A stretch of DNA of 62,915 nucleotides, the filler included, from Candidatus Tectimicrobiota bacterium (lineage in GTDB: Bacteria > JACPSX01), in NCBI GenBank assembly GCA_016193065.1. It is 5 parts of 5 records of this genome, joined end to end, with 100 filler letters (N's around TTAATTAATTAA, not from the genome) between each part and the next. Parts side by side here need not be neighbours in the genome. Positions count along the whole stretch, not along the records: positions 6,113 to 28,450 come from JACPSX010000058.1; 4 more parts are not named here. One strand, 5' to 3'. The notes beneath the pieces were generated by a model. The model ran no database searches and was not told where the DNA came from. It saw nothing but the letters and a program-made list of their open reading frames with translations. Position numbers and translations under genes: made by a program. Shown here one piece after another: positions 17,172 to 27,269 of this stretch (within the stretch, counting starts at the first letter, position 1; every line of letters begins with the position of its first letter).

Positions 17172-18539
17172 GTGGTGCGGGAAAAGATCCTGATCATCGA
17201 TGACGAGGAGGGGATCCGCCAGCTCTTCGTGCGCCTTCTCCACGGCGCCAAGTATGAAGTCCACCCCTTCGAACGTGGGGCTCCGGCTTTGGAATCCATG
17301 CAGCGCGAGACCTATGATCTCGTGATCACGGATCTGCGCATGCCCGGCATGGATGGGATGGAGGTTCTGGAGCGGGTGCGCCAGGAGCGTCCGGAGTTGC
17401 CGGTGATCGTGTTGACCGGACACGGCACGGTGGAGAGCGCCGTGGAGGCGATGAAAAGGGGGGCCTATGACTATATCACCAAACCCGTGCAGCCCGAGGA
17501 GATCGAGCTGACCATCGAAAAGGCCCTGCGGGAGAAGCGACTTTCCGAGGAGAACCGGATCCTCAAAGAACAGCTCACGGAGCGTTACAGCCTGGATGCT
17601 CTTCTCGGGAAAAGCCCCAAGATGCGCGAGCTGTTCCAGTTGATTCTCCAGGTAGCTCCCAGCGATGCCGCCGTCCTCATTCAAGGGGAAAGCGGCACCG
17701 GTAAAGAACTCGTGGCCCGGGCGATCCATACTCACAGTGCTCGCTCCAAGCGGATTCTCCTGTCCCTGAACTGTGCCGCCTTGCCCGAGACCCTGCTGGA
17801 AAGCGAGCTCTTCGGGCACGAGAAGGGGGCATTCACCGGGGCGCTGACCGCGAAGAAGGGGCTCCTGGAAGTAGCCGACGGCGGCACGCTGTACCTGGAC
17901 GAGATCGGTGATATGCCCTATTCTCTTCAGGCCAAACTCTTGCGAGCTGTCGAGCAGGGAGAATTTCTGCGCCTTGGGGGGCAAAGCCCGATCCACGTTG
18001 ATGTCCGCACCATCTCTTCCACGAATCGCAATTTGAAAGAGATGGTGGAATCAGGCAAGTTCCGGGAGGATCTTTACTACCGGCTCAATATCATCATGAT
18101 TCACGTCCCCCCTTTGCGCGACAGACAAGAAGATATTCCCCTGCTGAGCGAGCATTTTTGCCGGAAGTTTGCCGAGAAAATGGGGAAGCCCATCAAGGGA
18201 TTTGCTCCCCCGGCCATGGAAGCTCTGCTGGCTTACGACTGGCCGGGGAACGTGCGCCAGCTTGAGAACATCATCGAGCGGGCCGTCATCATGACGGCAG
18301 GCGAAACCATCGAGAAGGAATCCCTGGCGACTGAGATTCTTGCGGCCCCTTCCACTTCCTCCGAAGGCTATCTCCATCTTCCTCTCAAAGAAGCCAAAGA
18401 AAAACTGGAACGGGACTATCTCCTCAGGGTGCTCAAGCTGCACCACGGCAATGTCTCTTTGGCAGCCCAGGAAGCGGGGATTCACAAAACTCACTTTTAT
18501 CAAAAGTTGCGCCAGTACGGGATCCGCTTTGAAAGCTGA
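17172..18539 (+). CDS. Sigma54-dependent NtrC-family response regulator
   Basis: [28 protein letters not shown]. Confidence 0.96.
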   Translation: MVREKILIIDDEEGIRQLFVRLLHGAKYEVHPFERGAPALESMQRETYDLVITDLRMPGMDGMEVLERVRQERPELPVIVLTGHGTVESAVEAMKRGAYDYITKPVQPEEIELTIEKALREKRLSEENRILKEQLTERYSLDALLGKSPKMRELFQLILQVAPSDAAVLIQGESGTGKELVARAIHTHSARSKRILLSLNCAALPETLLESELFGHEKGAFTGALTAKKGLLEVADGGTLYLDEIGDMPYSLQAKLLRAVEQGEFLRLGGQSPIHVDVRTISSTNRNLKEMVESGKFREDLYYRLNIIMIHVPPLRDRQEDIPLLSEHFCRKFAEKMGKPIKGFAPPAMEALLAYDWPGNVRQLENIIERAVIMTAGETIEKESLATEILAAPSTSSEGYLHLPLKEAKEKLERDYLLRVLKLHHGNVSLAAQEAGIHKTHFYQKLRQYGIRFES

Positions 18540-18548
18540 AGGCTCTTT

Positions 18549-18778
18549 GTAGGAAATTCCCTACTCCCGGTAGGGGAACCACTACTCAACCTAACCCTTG
18601 TCTTTTCAATAAGAAAGCCCATGAGAGGAGGGCCTCCCGAGTTCTCTGTGTTGCCATTCCCCTACGATTTCCCGCCCCGAAGGATCCATGGGAATCGGGA
18701 GCCTGTCACGTAGTCGTTTATAAAACAACAGGTTACTTAAATTCGCCGGGTAGGCTTTGCCGTGGCACGACCCTTGTT
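18549..18778 (+). promoter_or_regulatory. Putative sigma54 promoter with GTAGG-N6-CCTAC candidate enhancer palindromes and IHF-like site
   Basis: GTAGGAAATTCCCTAC 18549-18564, GTAGGGGAACCACTAC 18570-18585; AACAACAGGTTA near 18724; TGGCAC-GACCC-TTGTT at 18763-18778 (variant -12). Confidence 0.65.
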
Positions 18779-18823
18779 ATAAGGACAGGGTGAGAACTTG
18801 GGGTGGCAAGGGAGGATAGAAAA

Positions 18824-19546
18824 ATGAAACGGGTAACGATCAAAGGCCAGCCGGGAAAGACAGGGTTCCTGTGGGGCGCCGGAGTTGGGTTTATCGCTTT
18901 TCTCTTCCTGGGAGCCTTGCGGGGAATCGTGTACGGAGGGTTTTGGGGGTTGGTGATAGCCGGCTACCTCTTTGGAACACCGGTTGAGCCGACATTGATG
19001 AACAAAGCCATCGTTGCCCTGGGAATGATGTTGGGAGTGGGAGCCTCCTTTGTTTTCTTCACCGGGGCGGGAGCTCTGCTGGGCCTTGGATTTGGGATTC
19101 TCTACCCGCTCTGCGAGAAGCTCATTCAGCAGGTCAACCGGGTCTATCGCCGGACCCGGGGAGCTCTGCGCGAGCTCAAAGGTTCAAATCCCATCGCCCC
19201 GTTCAGTGAGGAAGATTCCTTCGTGCGCCGGGGCCGCGCCGCAGGGGCAGTTTTAGGAGCGGCAGGATTTGCGGCCGGCGGTTTGGTAACGGGAGTCCTC
19301 TACGGTGGAGCTGGCGGTCTGATTTTTGCATCTTCCTTCTACGGAGCACCTGTACCCCAGGCCCTGCTGCCGAAGCTCATGGTGGGAGCCGGGATGCTGC
19401 TGGGGGCGCTAAGTGTCGGAGCTTTCTTGCTCGTCGTGGGCGCGGTCCTTGGCACTTTGGCAGGGTACGGGTTGAGGGTTGCCCATCGGGTGGTCAGCCG
19501 CATGGTGAAAAGACCCACACCGGTTGAAATCACCCACAGCCGCTAA
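18824..19546 (+). CDS. Glycine-rich membrane protein built from two similar halves
   Basis: GIVYGGFWGLVIAGYLFGTPV...ALGMMLG versus GVLYGGAGGLIFASSFYGAPV...GAGMLLG. Confidence 0.75.
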   Translation: MKRVTIKGQPGKTGFLWGAGVGFIAFLFLGALRGIVYGGFWGLVIAGYLFGTPVEPTLMNKAIVALGMMLGVGASFVFFTGAGALLGLGFGILYPLCEKLIQQVNRVYRRTRGALRELKGSNPIAPFSEEDSFVRRGRAAGAVLGAAGFAAGGLVTGVLYGGAGGLIFASSFYGAPVPQALLPKLMVGAGMLLGALSVGAFLLVVGAVLGTLAGYGLRVAHRVVSRMVKRPTPVEITHSR

Positions 19547-19574
19547 AGGCGGCACGGAATCGGGGGGCAAAGTC

Positions 19575-20510
19575 ATGAGGTTTCCACGGGTGGCCGGATT
19601 CGCACTGGGAATCGTGGTTGGTTCTCTCCTGGGGGTTGCGGGAGCCCCTGCCCAAGCGGCGGACAATGACACCTGCCTGGTCTGCCACCGCAGCCCCCTG
19701 GAATCCTCCAAACCAGGGAAAACGGGCCCCTTTTATATCGATCCGGAAGCGCTTGCGCGCTCGGTGCACGGGGGCCTGACCTGCGACACGTGTCACCAGG
19801 GCTTCACGGCGGGGCCCCACGAAACTGGCGCGCTGCAGGGGGTTGACGAGAGTCTTCGAAAAGTGGCCGGCGAACTCCAGAAAAAGCGCGGCAAGGGAGG
19901 AGTTGCCCTGGCCAGTTGCGTGACTTGCCATTACGAAAGTTTTCAGGATTATTCCCAAAGTGTTCACGGCGTCGCTCTGTTCGACAAGGGTGTGAAAGAC
20001 GCTCCCTATTGCCTGGATTGTCACGGTCCTCCGCACACCCTCATGCCCAAAGAGAGCCCCGCTTCCAGGGATTTCTACACCAACATCCCCACGACGTGCG
20101 CCTCTTGCCATGGCAATTCCGAGATCATCCTCAAGTACCGGCTAAACACGAATGTGGTGCCAACCTACCAGGAAAGCTTTCACGGCAAGAAACTGATCCT
20201 GGGCAGCTCGGATGTGGCGGTGTGCAGTAGCTGCCACGGGGCCCATAAGGTCGTGGACCCCCAGAGCCCTGCCTTTACGGAAGGCCTGGCGATGCGTTGC
20301 GGCCAGTGCCACGAAGGGGCCTCCCCCAAGTTCGCCACGGCTTTTGCCCACATCCCCGCTACGGAAACTTCCCAGAAGATCGTGCACTGGGCCGAGCGGT
20401 TTTTTGCCGTACTGACCGGAGGGGTGATTTTAGGACTGGTCACTCACATCGGCCTCGACTTGGCCTCCCAAGTGAGAATCCGCCAACGCCGCAAAAAGGG
20501 GAAAAAATAA
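19575..20510 (+). CDS. Heptaheme cytochrome c with C-terminal membrane anchor (CbcL-like c domain)
   Basis: Signal peptide, 7 CxxCH, repeated SVHG/SFHG motifs, C-terminal TM with His. Confidence 0.9.
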   Translation: MRFPRVAGFALGIVVGSLLGVAGAPAQAADNDTCLVCHRSPLESSKPGKTGPFYIDPEALARSVHGGLTCDTCHQGFTAGPHETGALQGVDESLRKVAGELQKKRGKGGVALASCVTCHYESFQDYSQSVHGVALFDKGVKDAPYCLDCHGPPHTLMPKESPASRDFYTNIPTTCASCHGNSEIILKYRLNTNVVPTYQESFHGKKLILGSSDVAVCSSCHGAHKVVDPQSPAFTEGLAMRCGQCHEGASPKFATAFAHIPATETSQKIVHWAERFFAVLTGGVILGLVTHIGLDLASQVRIRQRRKKGKK

Positions 20511-20582
20511 GCAGCGCGGTGGAGGAACGGGAGAAGGTCTTCCGCATCCGCCACAAGGTTTCCGATCAGGGGGGTGCAAAGC

Positions 20583-21362
20583 ATGGACGCCAACGATAAG
20601 GTCCTGCGCTGGAACATTCACTACCGGCTCCAGCACGTCCTCATGTTCACGAGCTTCATCATCCTGGTGTTGACCGGGATTCCCCTGAAATACGCCGGCC
20701 TGGGGGTCTCCCGGGTTTTCATGAACCTGTGGGGCGGCCCGGAGATGGCCTCCACCGTGCACCGGACTGCGGCCGTGGTCATGATCATCTCTTGCGCCTA
20801 TCACCTGGTTTATCTCGGCTGGAGAATGTGGAAAGGCATCTTCTCCCCGGATATGATCCCGAGCTTCAAGGATCTGCGAGACCTCTACGACAACATCCGC
20901 TTCTACCTGGGCCTTGCTCGCCGGCCCCCTCTGTTCGGACGCTTCACGTACTGGGAGAAGTTCGATTACTGGGCCGTTTTCTGGGGCATCTTCATCATGG
21001 TGGGCTCCGGGCTTGTGCTCTGGTTTCCCGTCGAAACGGTGCGCTTTTTCCCGGTCTGGGCCCTCGGGATCGCGAAGGTGGCCCACAGCGATGAGGCTCT
21101 GCTGGCGGCCCTGGCCATTTTCATCTGGCATTTCTACAACGTGCACCTGAGGCCGGAAATTTTCCCCATGAACTGGGTATGGATCACGGGAACCATCACC
21201 CGCAGAGAGCTGAAGGAGAAATACCCGCTGGAGTACGAGCGCCTGCGCCTCCAGGAGGCGTTGGGTGCCCAGCGTCCAACCGGTATCCCTCCTCAAGAGC
21301 CGGAGGCTGTCGCTTCCGCCAAAAGAGGCGGGACCGAATCGGGTTCCGAGCAGGGGATCTGA
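20583..21362 (+). CDS. FdnI/HydC-type cytochrome b
   Basis: YRLQH, LTGIP, VHR, GRFTYWEKFDYWAVFWG, AHSDEALLA, WHFY. Confidence 0.92.
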   Translation: MDANDKVLRWNIHYRLQHVLMFTSFIILVLTGIPLKYAGLGVSRVFMNLWGGPEMASTVHRTAAVVMIISCAYHLVYLGWRMWKGIFSPDMIPSFKDLRDLYDNIRFYLGLARRPPLFGRFTYWEKFDYWAVFWGIFIMVGSGLVLWFPVETVRFFPVWALGIAKVAHSDEALLAALAIFIWHFYNVHLRPEIFPMNWVWITGTITRRELKEKYPLEYERLRLQEALGAQRPTGIPPQEPEAVASAKRGGTESGSEQGI

Positions 21363-21365
21363 GGG

Positions 21366-22340
21366 ATGATTTTGGATCTCTATGTGCAGATGGTGTTGCA
21401 CTCGGCGGTGAGCGCTTTGGGGGTGGAGGCCTTACTCGTGCTGTGGAGCGTTCGGGAACCGGCTCAGCGCTGGCGCTACCGGCTGCTGGCCCTGTTGCTA
21501 CCGGTGCTCACAGTTCCTGCCTTTCGTCTTCTGGATCCTTCCTGGGGCAGCCCGGCGTTCCGGGCTGGAGAGGCCCTCTTTGACAGCAGGCGCTGGCTCG
21601 AGTTGAGAGTGGGAGGCGTGACGGGCCGGGTGGCCGTCATGGCCGTGTTTGCGACCAGCACCCTTGGTTTTTTTCTGCAAGAGGTGAGACCGCTGATCCG
21701 GGAGCTCTGGCAGGAGAAATCGCCGCGCCGGGCGCCTGCAGAGTTTCCCGACCTGGCTTCCGCTCTGGCCTCTTGGCGGAACATCTCCCCGGGGGAGAGC
21801 CCGGCCATTGAAATCATCGATGCCGAGGAACCCATGAGCAAATGTAAAGGGGGGAAGCATGCTGCGGTCGTCCTTTCCTCGGGACTTCTGAACCGGGTCG
21901 ATAAGAAGGAACTGCTCAGCATTCTGGCCCACGAAGGCGCCCACCTTCGCAAGAGGGATCACCAGTATGGCTGGGCCCTGTTGTTTCTTCGTATCCTGCA
22001 CGCTGCCAACCCGATCGGGCTCCTGGTGTTCCGTAAGCTGGGCGAGGAAAATGAGAATTGGTGCGATGACCTCTCCGTGGCTGCTACCGGGGACCCACTT
22101 TCCCTGGCTTCCGCCCTGGTCCATGTCTACCGCGGAACCTTGACGAACGACCAGCATTCCCTGGAATGGTACCGGAGCGGCGGTAGAGCTCTGGGAGCCA
22201 GGGCACGGGAGGCGGTGATTGTGGCCCGGATCGAGAGGCTTATGAAACCCCGGCCCGCCGGCAGCAGCAGGCAATTGGAACCCTGGCGCATGGGCGTTGC
22301 CGGGGTATCCCTGACAACCCTCCTGTTTCGGGTGGTGTGA
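21366..22340 (+). CDS. M56 (BlaR1-like)/M48 membrane zinc metallopeptidase
   Basis: ILAHEGAHL HExxH, NP...ENENWCDD, LASALV, RIERL. Confidence 0.85.
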   Translation: MILDLYVQMVLHSAVSALGVEALLVLWSVREPAQRWRYRLLALLLPVLTVPAFRLLDPSWGSPAFRAGEALFDSRRWLELRVGGVTGRVAVMAVFATSTLGFFLQEVRPLIRELWQEKSPRRAPAEFPDLASALASWRNISPGESPAIEIIDAEEPMSKCKGGKHAAVVLSSGLLNRVDKKELLSILAHEGAHLRKRDHQYGWALLFLRILHAANPIGLLVFRKLGEENENWCDDLSVAATGDPLSLASALVHVYRGTLTNDQHSLEWYRSGGRALGARAREAVIVARIERLMKPRPAGSSRQLEPWRMGVAGVSLTTLLFRVV

Positions 22341-22342
22341 GG

Positions 22343-22903
22343 ATGGTCCCTGCGGTGGTTCGAGAGGTCGGCAGATCGGTGGTGGCGATAGCGGCCGTCC
22401 TGGGAGGAATTGCCGTTCTGTTGTCAGGGCTCAACCGCGTTCCCGTAGTCCTGCAGCCCGAGGTCTCCCACCGATTCAAAGATTTTTCCGGGGTGCGGGA
22501 GGCCGAGCGGGAACTAAAGACAAAGATCTGGATCCCGGCCTATTTCCCGGACTATCTGAGCTGGCCTCCGGCCCTGGTCCGGGTGGAAAAAGGAGAACCC
22601 CCTGTCGTGGTCCTGGGCATCTTGCGCAACCCTCAGCATGACCTGTCCCTCCTCCTGCTGCAGTCTCTGGGCAAAGGAGATTGGCAGGCTCTGTCGGTTC
22701 CCGCCGTAACCAGCGTGGTGGAAACACGCCAGGTAGCGCTCAAAAAATCCAGGGCCATTTTGTCCCGGACAATGGATGGCAGCGGGCAGATTTGGACTCG
22801 ACTGCAATGGGAGAGCGCGTCTCGACGCTTCCTCCTCATTGGTCAGTCCTCCACCGAGGAACTCCTGCGGATCGCTGGCAGCATGGGAGGGGCGGATCAG
22901 TGA
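22343..22903 (+). CDS. Hypothetical membrane-anchored periplasmic protein
   Basis: N-terminal TM, WIPAYFPDYL; tightly coupled to both neighbours. Confidence 0.7.
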   Translation: MVPAVVREVGRSVVAIAAVLGGIAVLLSGLNRVPVVLQPEVSHRFKDFSGVREAERELKTKIWIPAYFPDYLSWPPALVRVEKGEPPVVVLGILRNPQHDLSLLLLQSLGKGDWQALSVPAVTSVVETRQVALKKSRAILSRTMDGSGQIWTRLQWESASRRFLLIGQSSTEELLRIAGSMGGADQ

Positions 22904-24807
22904 AGGGCGCGCGTCTGCGACAGCCTTGGAGCCTTAGAGGCCGGGTTCTCTTCCTGGTGAGTGTGGGGATGCTTGTGGTCTTCGCGCTGATCGGGGTGTC
23001 AAGCTACATGAGTATGAGGGAGAGTTCGAAACAAATCCTCCAAGAACGCCTGCGCCTCGCCCAAACGGCCGCGGCTCACCTGGATTTCATCTTGCAGGAG
23101 AACTTAAACCGTCTGGTGGACATCCCCTTTGCCCGCGGGTTTGACCTCGGAGATCGCAACTGGGGGCCCGAAAGGGAATCTCTGCGGGATGCTTACCTCC
23201 ACTCGATCTTTACGGGGGGCATTTACCTGCTGGGTTCGGACGGCCAAATTCTGATCCGGGAACCGCAAGGGGCGGGACCGGTACGGCGGGATTTCCTCTC
23301 TTTTGCCCCTGTCGCCAAGGCATTTCAGGAGGGCAGACTCTACCTGACGGATCTTCTGCCGGGAGCCCCCGAAGGACGCTATGTGATTTGGGCTCTGGTG
23401 CCGGTCCGGGGTCGGGCGGGAGAAGAGAGGGGGGCTCTGATCGGGGAGATTGATCCGGGAGCACCGCGGCTTCAGGAAGCCATTGCGACGGTGCAGTTGG
23501 GGAAGTCGGGGTATATCGACGTCGTGGATAGCTCGGGTTTGGTCTTGGCCTCCACCCGGCTCGAGCGTCTGTTCTCGGCGGGAGACCACCGGGAAACTCT
23601 CAGCGGCCTGCTGCGCGCCCGCCAGCCGCAGGTCGGGGCCTGTCATGACTGCCACACGAGCACTCACTTGGGGGAAAGGGAAACCGAGATCATGGCTTTC
23701 TCCCCGCTGCGGGCCGCCTCCTGGGGGATCAACATCCGGCAGCCGGAGCGGGAATTGGGGACGTCTCCGTCCCTGTGGGGCTGGCGCGTTGCCGGCATGG
23801 GCACTGTCCTCATGATCATGGCTCTGATCGTGGGGTGGGGGACCTCTCAAAGCATCCTGAAACCAACCGCAACCCTAACCCGGGCGGCCCGGCAGATCGC
23901 CAGCGGGGATCTGAATTCCCCGATTCCCAACTTGGGCAGTGATGAGATTGGAGAACTGGGGCACTGTTTTGAAGCCATGCGGCTTCGTCTGAAGGAGTCG
24001 ATCGAAGAAGTCCGGGAGTGGAACCGCCAGCTCGAACGCCGGGTGGCGGAGAGGACACTGGAGTTGGAGGAGCGCAACCGGGAGCTTTCCCGGCTCCTGC
24101 GGGAAAACGCCGCCCTCTACGCCCAGGTGCGGGAGAAAGAAGAGTTGCGGGGAGAACTGCTGCACAAGGTCATTGTCGCCCAGGAGGAGGAGCGCAAACG
24201 GATTTCCAGAGAACTTCACGATGAGACCAGCCAGTCCCTGACGGCTCTCATCCTCTCCCTGGAAGCGGCATTGGCTGCGCTGCGGGGGGGGGAGGCCCGG
24301 GAACGGGTCTCGGCGAGCAAGGATCTGGCTCTGAAATCTCTGGAAGGGGTACACCAGCTCATTGCCGGCCTGCGCCCCTCGGTTTTGGATGACCTGGGAC
24401 TCCAGGCCGCTTTGCGCTGGATAGCGGAACAGACCCTAACCCCTGCACAGGTGTCTCTGCACTACGAGGTGGCCGGGACCGAGCGCCGTCTGCCGACTGA
24501 GGTAGAGACCGTGGTCTTCCGCGTCGTTCAGGAGGCCATCACCAACGTCGTTCGACACGCGAGGGCGGAGACTGTCATGGTCTCTCTGGAGTTTAACGAG
24601 GATGCGGTAGCCGTGGACATTGAGGACGATGGACGGGGATTCAATGTCCGGGAGGGCATGAAGCTGGGTGAAGGAGGCCGGGGTTGGGGACTCATGGGGA
24701 TGCAGGAGCGCGTTGCCCTGTGCGGTGGCGAACTTGTGATTGATTCCGCCCCCGGCAGAGGAACGCGGGTCCGGCTCGCCATCCCTGTCCCGGCGGGGGT
24801 GTGCTGA
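22900..24807 (+). CDS. Cache-HAMP HisKA_3 sensor kinase with periplasmic CxxCH motif
   Basis: EEERKRISRELHDETSQ, QEAITNVVRHA, DDGRGF; GACHDCHTS lies between the two TM helices. Confidence 0.92.
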   Translation: MKGARLRQPWSLRGRVLFLVSVGMLVVFALIGVSSYMSMRESSKQILQERLRLAQTAAAHLDFILQENLNRLVDIPFARGFDLGDRNWGPERESLRDAYLHSIFTGGIYLLGSDGQILIREPQGAGPVRRDFLSFAPVAKAFQEGRLYLTDLLPGAPEGRYVIWALVPVRGRAGEERGALIGEIDPGAPRLQEAIATVQLGKSGYIDVVDSSGLVLASTRLERLFSAGDHRETLSGLLRARQPQVGACHDCHTSTHLGERETEIMAFSPLRAASWGINIRQPERELGTSPSLWGWRVAGMGTVLMIMALIVGWGTSQSILKPTATLTRAARQIASGDLNSPIPNLGSDEIGELGHCFEAMRLRLKESIEEVREWNRQLERRVAERTLELEERNRELSRLLRENAALYAQVREKEELRGELLHKVIVAQEEERKRISRELHDETSQSLTALILSLEAALAALRGGEARERVSASKDLALKSLEGVHQLIAGLRPSVLDDLGLQAALRWIAEQTLTPAQVSLHYEVAGTERRLPTEVETVVFRVVQEAITNVVRHARAETVMVSLEFNEDAVAVDIEDDGRGFNVREGMKLGEGGRGWGLMGMQERVALCGGELVIDSAPGRGTRVRLAIPVPAGVC

Positions 24808-24808
24808 A

Positions 24809-25462
24809 ATGGCAAAGATTCGGGTAATCATCGCCGATGATCACGCCCTGCTCCGAGAGGGGATCAAAGCTCTGCTGGGGGCTTTCACGGACATTGAGGT
24901 GGTTGGGGAAGCCTGCGACGGAAGAGAAGCCATCGAGAAGGTGAAGGCACTGAGCCCTCATGTGGTTTTGATGGATATTGCCATGCCGGGGCTGGGAGGC
25001 CTTGAGGCCACCCTGGAGATTCGGAAGATTGCCCCCGAGACACGCATCTTGATCCTGACCCAGTACGACAACAAAGAGTACGTTTATCGTTTTCTAAAGG
25101 CCGGAGCGGCCGGCTACGTTCTCAAGAAAGCGGCAGCCGCTGAACTGGTGGACGCGATCCGGGCCACCTACCGGGGAGAAGCTTTCCTGCACCCGGCCAT
25201 CGCCCAGGAGGTGATCTCGGGGTTCCTGAACCACCGGGAACCGGGAGACGGGGACACCTACGAGAGCCTCACAGACCGTGAAAAACAGGTCTTTAAGCTG
25301 GTGGCGGAGGGGTACACAAACCGCGAGATTGCCGAGTCCTTGGGGATCAGCGTGAAGACAGCCATGGCCCACCGCACCAACGTGATGCAAAAGCTTGGGT
25401 TTCATAATCGCACGGAACTGGTGAAATACGCGATCCAGAGGGGCGTGATCCGGGTGGAGTAA
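24809..25462 (+). CDS. NarL/LuxR-family response regulator
   Basis: IADDHALLREG, MDIAMP, LTDREKQV...GISVKTA...HR. Confidence 0.95.
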   Translation: MAKIRVIIADDHALLREGIKALLGAFTDIEVVGEACDGREAIEKVKALSPHVVLMDIAMPGLGGLEATLEIRKIAPETRILILTQYDNKEYVYRFLKAGAAGYVLKKAAAAELVDAIRATYRGEAFLHPAIAQEVISGFLNHREPGDGDTYESLTDREKQVFKLVAEGYTNREIAESLGISVKTAMAHRTNVMQKLGFHNRTELVKYAIQRGVIRVE

Positions 25463-25605
25463 GGCGAAAAACGGGGTCTTTTCGGCTTGGAATTAGGGTC
25501 CCCGCCCGATGGGGAAGAGCGGAACAGGGCGATACATTGGAGATGAGAAGAGAAGAGGTCAACCCCAGTAGGGGGGAGTGAGGGTGGCCGGAAAGGAGTA
25601 CCGCC

Positions 25606-26070
25606 ATGATCCGCTACGAAGCAGGTGAGCTGGTGAAAAGGGGGTTCTACTTCAATCAATCCTCGGCCGAGTTTACCCGGGTAAGCACTCCCTGGGGAAA
25701 TCTCCCCTGGGACGCCAGCGGGGAATTTATCCGGGTTCCGGGGATCCTGGTAGTGGCTCTGGCCCCCGTGCTGGGCGGACTGTTCGTCATGTTCCTCCCC
25801 TTTATCGCCTTTGCCATGGTCCTTGGCCTTGCGGCGAAGGGATTTGGGAGGGCGGGCCAGTGGCTCAGCCACAAGGTGTTGGCCATGTTGATTCCGCAGT
25901 GGAGGCCCGGAGAAGCGTACCTGGCGCGCCTGGGGACCCGCCGCCAGAAAAAAGCGGAGAAGGGAAGCGGAGAAGGAAACGATCTGGGGACTCCAAAAGA
26001 GCATGAAGCGGAGCCCAGGATTGAGGATCTGGCCCGGGAAATCGAGCGCAAGCGCCAAGGGGGGCAGTAG
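25606..26070 (+). CDS. Hypothetical membrane protein
   Basis: AAGGAG RBS; APVLGGLFVMFLPFIAFA hydrophobic hairpin. Confidence 0.7.
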   Translation: MIRYEAGELVKRGFYFNQSSAEFTRVSTPWGNLPWDASGEFIRVPGILVVALAPVLGGLFVMFLPFIAFAMVLGLAAKGFGRAGQWLSHKVLAMLIPQWRPGEAYLARLGTRRQKKAEKGSGEGNDLGTPKEHEAEPRIEDLAREIERKRQGGQ

Positions 26071-26087
26071 GAATAGGAGACCGGTTC

Positions 26088-27251
26088 ATGGGAATTGCGG
26101 AGGCCCTGATTTCCCGGTTGGGGTCCTTGAGAAGGATGAAGAGATGGTTGTGGCAGAGGAGGCGGATCCTCTGCTTGGCGGCGGGGGGAGCGGCTATGGT
26201 CCTGCTGGGGTTGCCCCCCCTTCCAGTGGGACCTCCCCCGCCGTTCTTCCCTCAAGCTGTAGCGGCCTCAGGACAGTCCGACGTGGAGGCCTGTCTGGGG
26301 TGTCACGGCTCTGACGGCCTGACCCTGTCCTTTCCCAGCGGGGAAACCGTCTCTCTGCTGGTGAACCCGCAAAAGTTCGCGACCTCAGTACACGGCAGGA
26401 TCCTCAATTGCACCGATTGCCATACGGGCATCCAGGAGGTGCCGCACCCCCAGCCCAAGGTGAAAAGTCACCGGGAATATTCTCTGGCCCAGTATGAAAG
26501 CTGCAAGCGCTGCCATTTTGCGAATTACACGAAGACGCTGGATAGCGTCCATTTTGACCTGATGTCCAGAGGGGACGTGAGGGCTCCGGTCTGCATGGAT
26601 TGCCATGGGGCCCACGACATCCGCAAGGCCGGAGAACCCCGGGCGAGAATCTCTCAGACCTGTGCCCGTTGCCACGGGGAGATCAACGAGAGCTACAGCC
26701 GCAGCGTGCACGGGAAAGCCATTCTGAACGGGGAGAATTCCGACGTGCCGGTCTGCACCGATTGCCACCAGAGCCACAGCATTGAAGACCCCCGCACGGC
26801 CTCCTTCCGGCTCCGTATTCCTGAGCTGTGCGCGACCTGCCACAGCAATAAAGCTCTTATGAAGAAGTACGGGATCTCGACCGCCGTTCTGGATACGTAC
26901 CTGGAGGACTTTCATGGGATGACGATAGCCCTCTACCGGAAGGAAGGGGTCACCAACAGGGCGCTGCAAGCGGTCTGCACGGACTGTCACGGGATTCACG
27001 ATATCCAGCCCACGGCCGGGCCCGGCTCTCTGGTGATGAAGGCCAACCTGGTGAAGGTATGCCAGAGGTGCCACGGCAATGTTTCCGAGAATTTTCCGGC
27101 TGCCTGGCTCTCCCATTACGAACCCAGCCCCAAAAAATTCCCGCTGGTTTATTACGTCAAGCTGTTGTACCGGATCTTCATCCCCTTTGTCATCGGGGGA
27201 CTGATCCTCCACATCGCCCTCCACGTCTGGAGGATGGCCACAAACCGCTAA
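26088..27251 (+). CDS. Nonaheme cytochrome c with C-terminal membrane anchor (CbcL-like c domain)
   Basis: 9 CxxCH motifs counted, SVHG repeats, C-terminal TM with His; start may be 26136. Confidence 0.9.
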   Translation: MGIAEALISRLGSLRRMKRWLWQRRRILCLAAGGAAMVLLGLPPLPVGPPPPFFPQAVAASGQSDVEACLGCHGSDGLTLSFPSGETVSLLVNPQKFATSVHGRILNCTDCHTGIQEVPHPQPKVKSHREYSLAQYESCKRCHFANYTKTLDSVHFDLMSRGDVRAPVCMDCHGAHDIRKAGEPRARISQTCARCHGEINESYSRSVHGKAILNGENSDVPVCTDCHQSHSIEDPRTASFRLRIPELCATCHSNKALMKKYGISTAVLDTYLEDFHGMTIALYRKEGVTNRALQAVCTDCHGIHDIQPTAGPGSLVMKANLVKVCQRCHGNVSENFPAAWLSHYEPSPKKFPLVYYVKLLYRIFIPFVIGGLILHIALHVWRMATNR

Positions 27252-27269
27252 GGGATCGGAGAGGGCTCC

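Noticed and set aside
16323-17996. Long antisense ORFs (also 26385-28184, 29238-30530, 42224-43558, 49836-51410, 60370-61791)
   Set aside because: Shadow ORFs opposite well-supported genes in high-GC DNA, with no recognisable motifs
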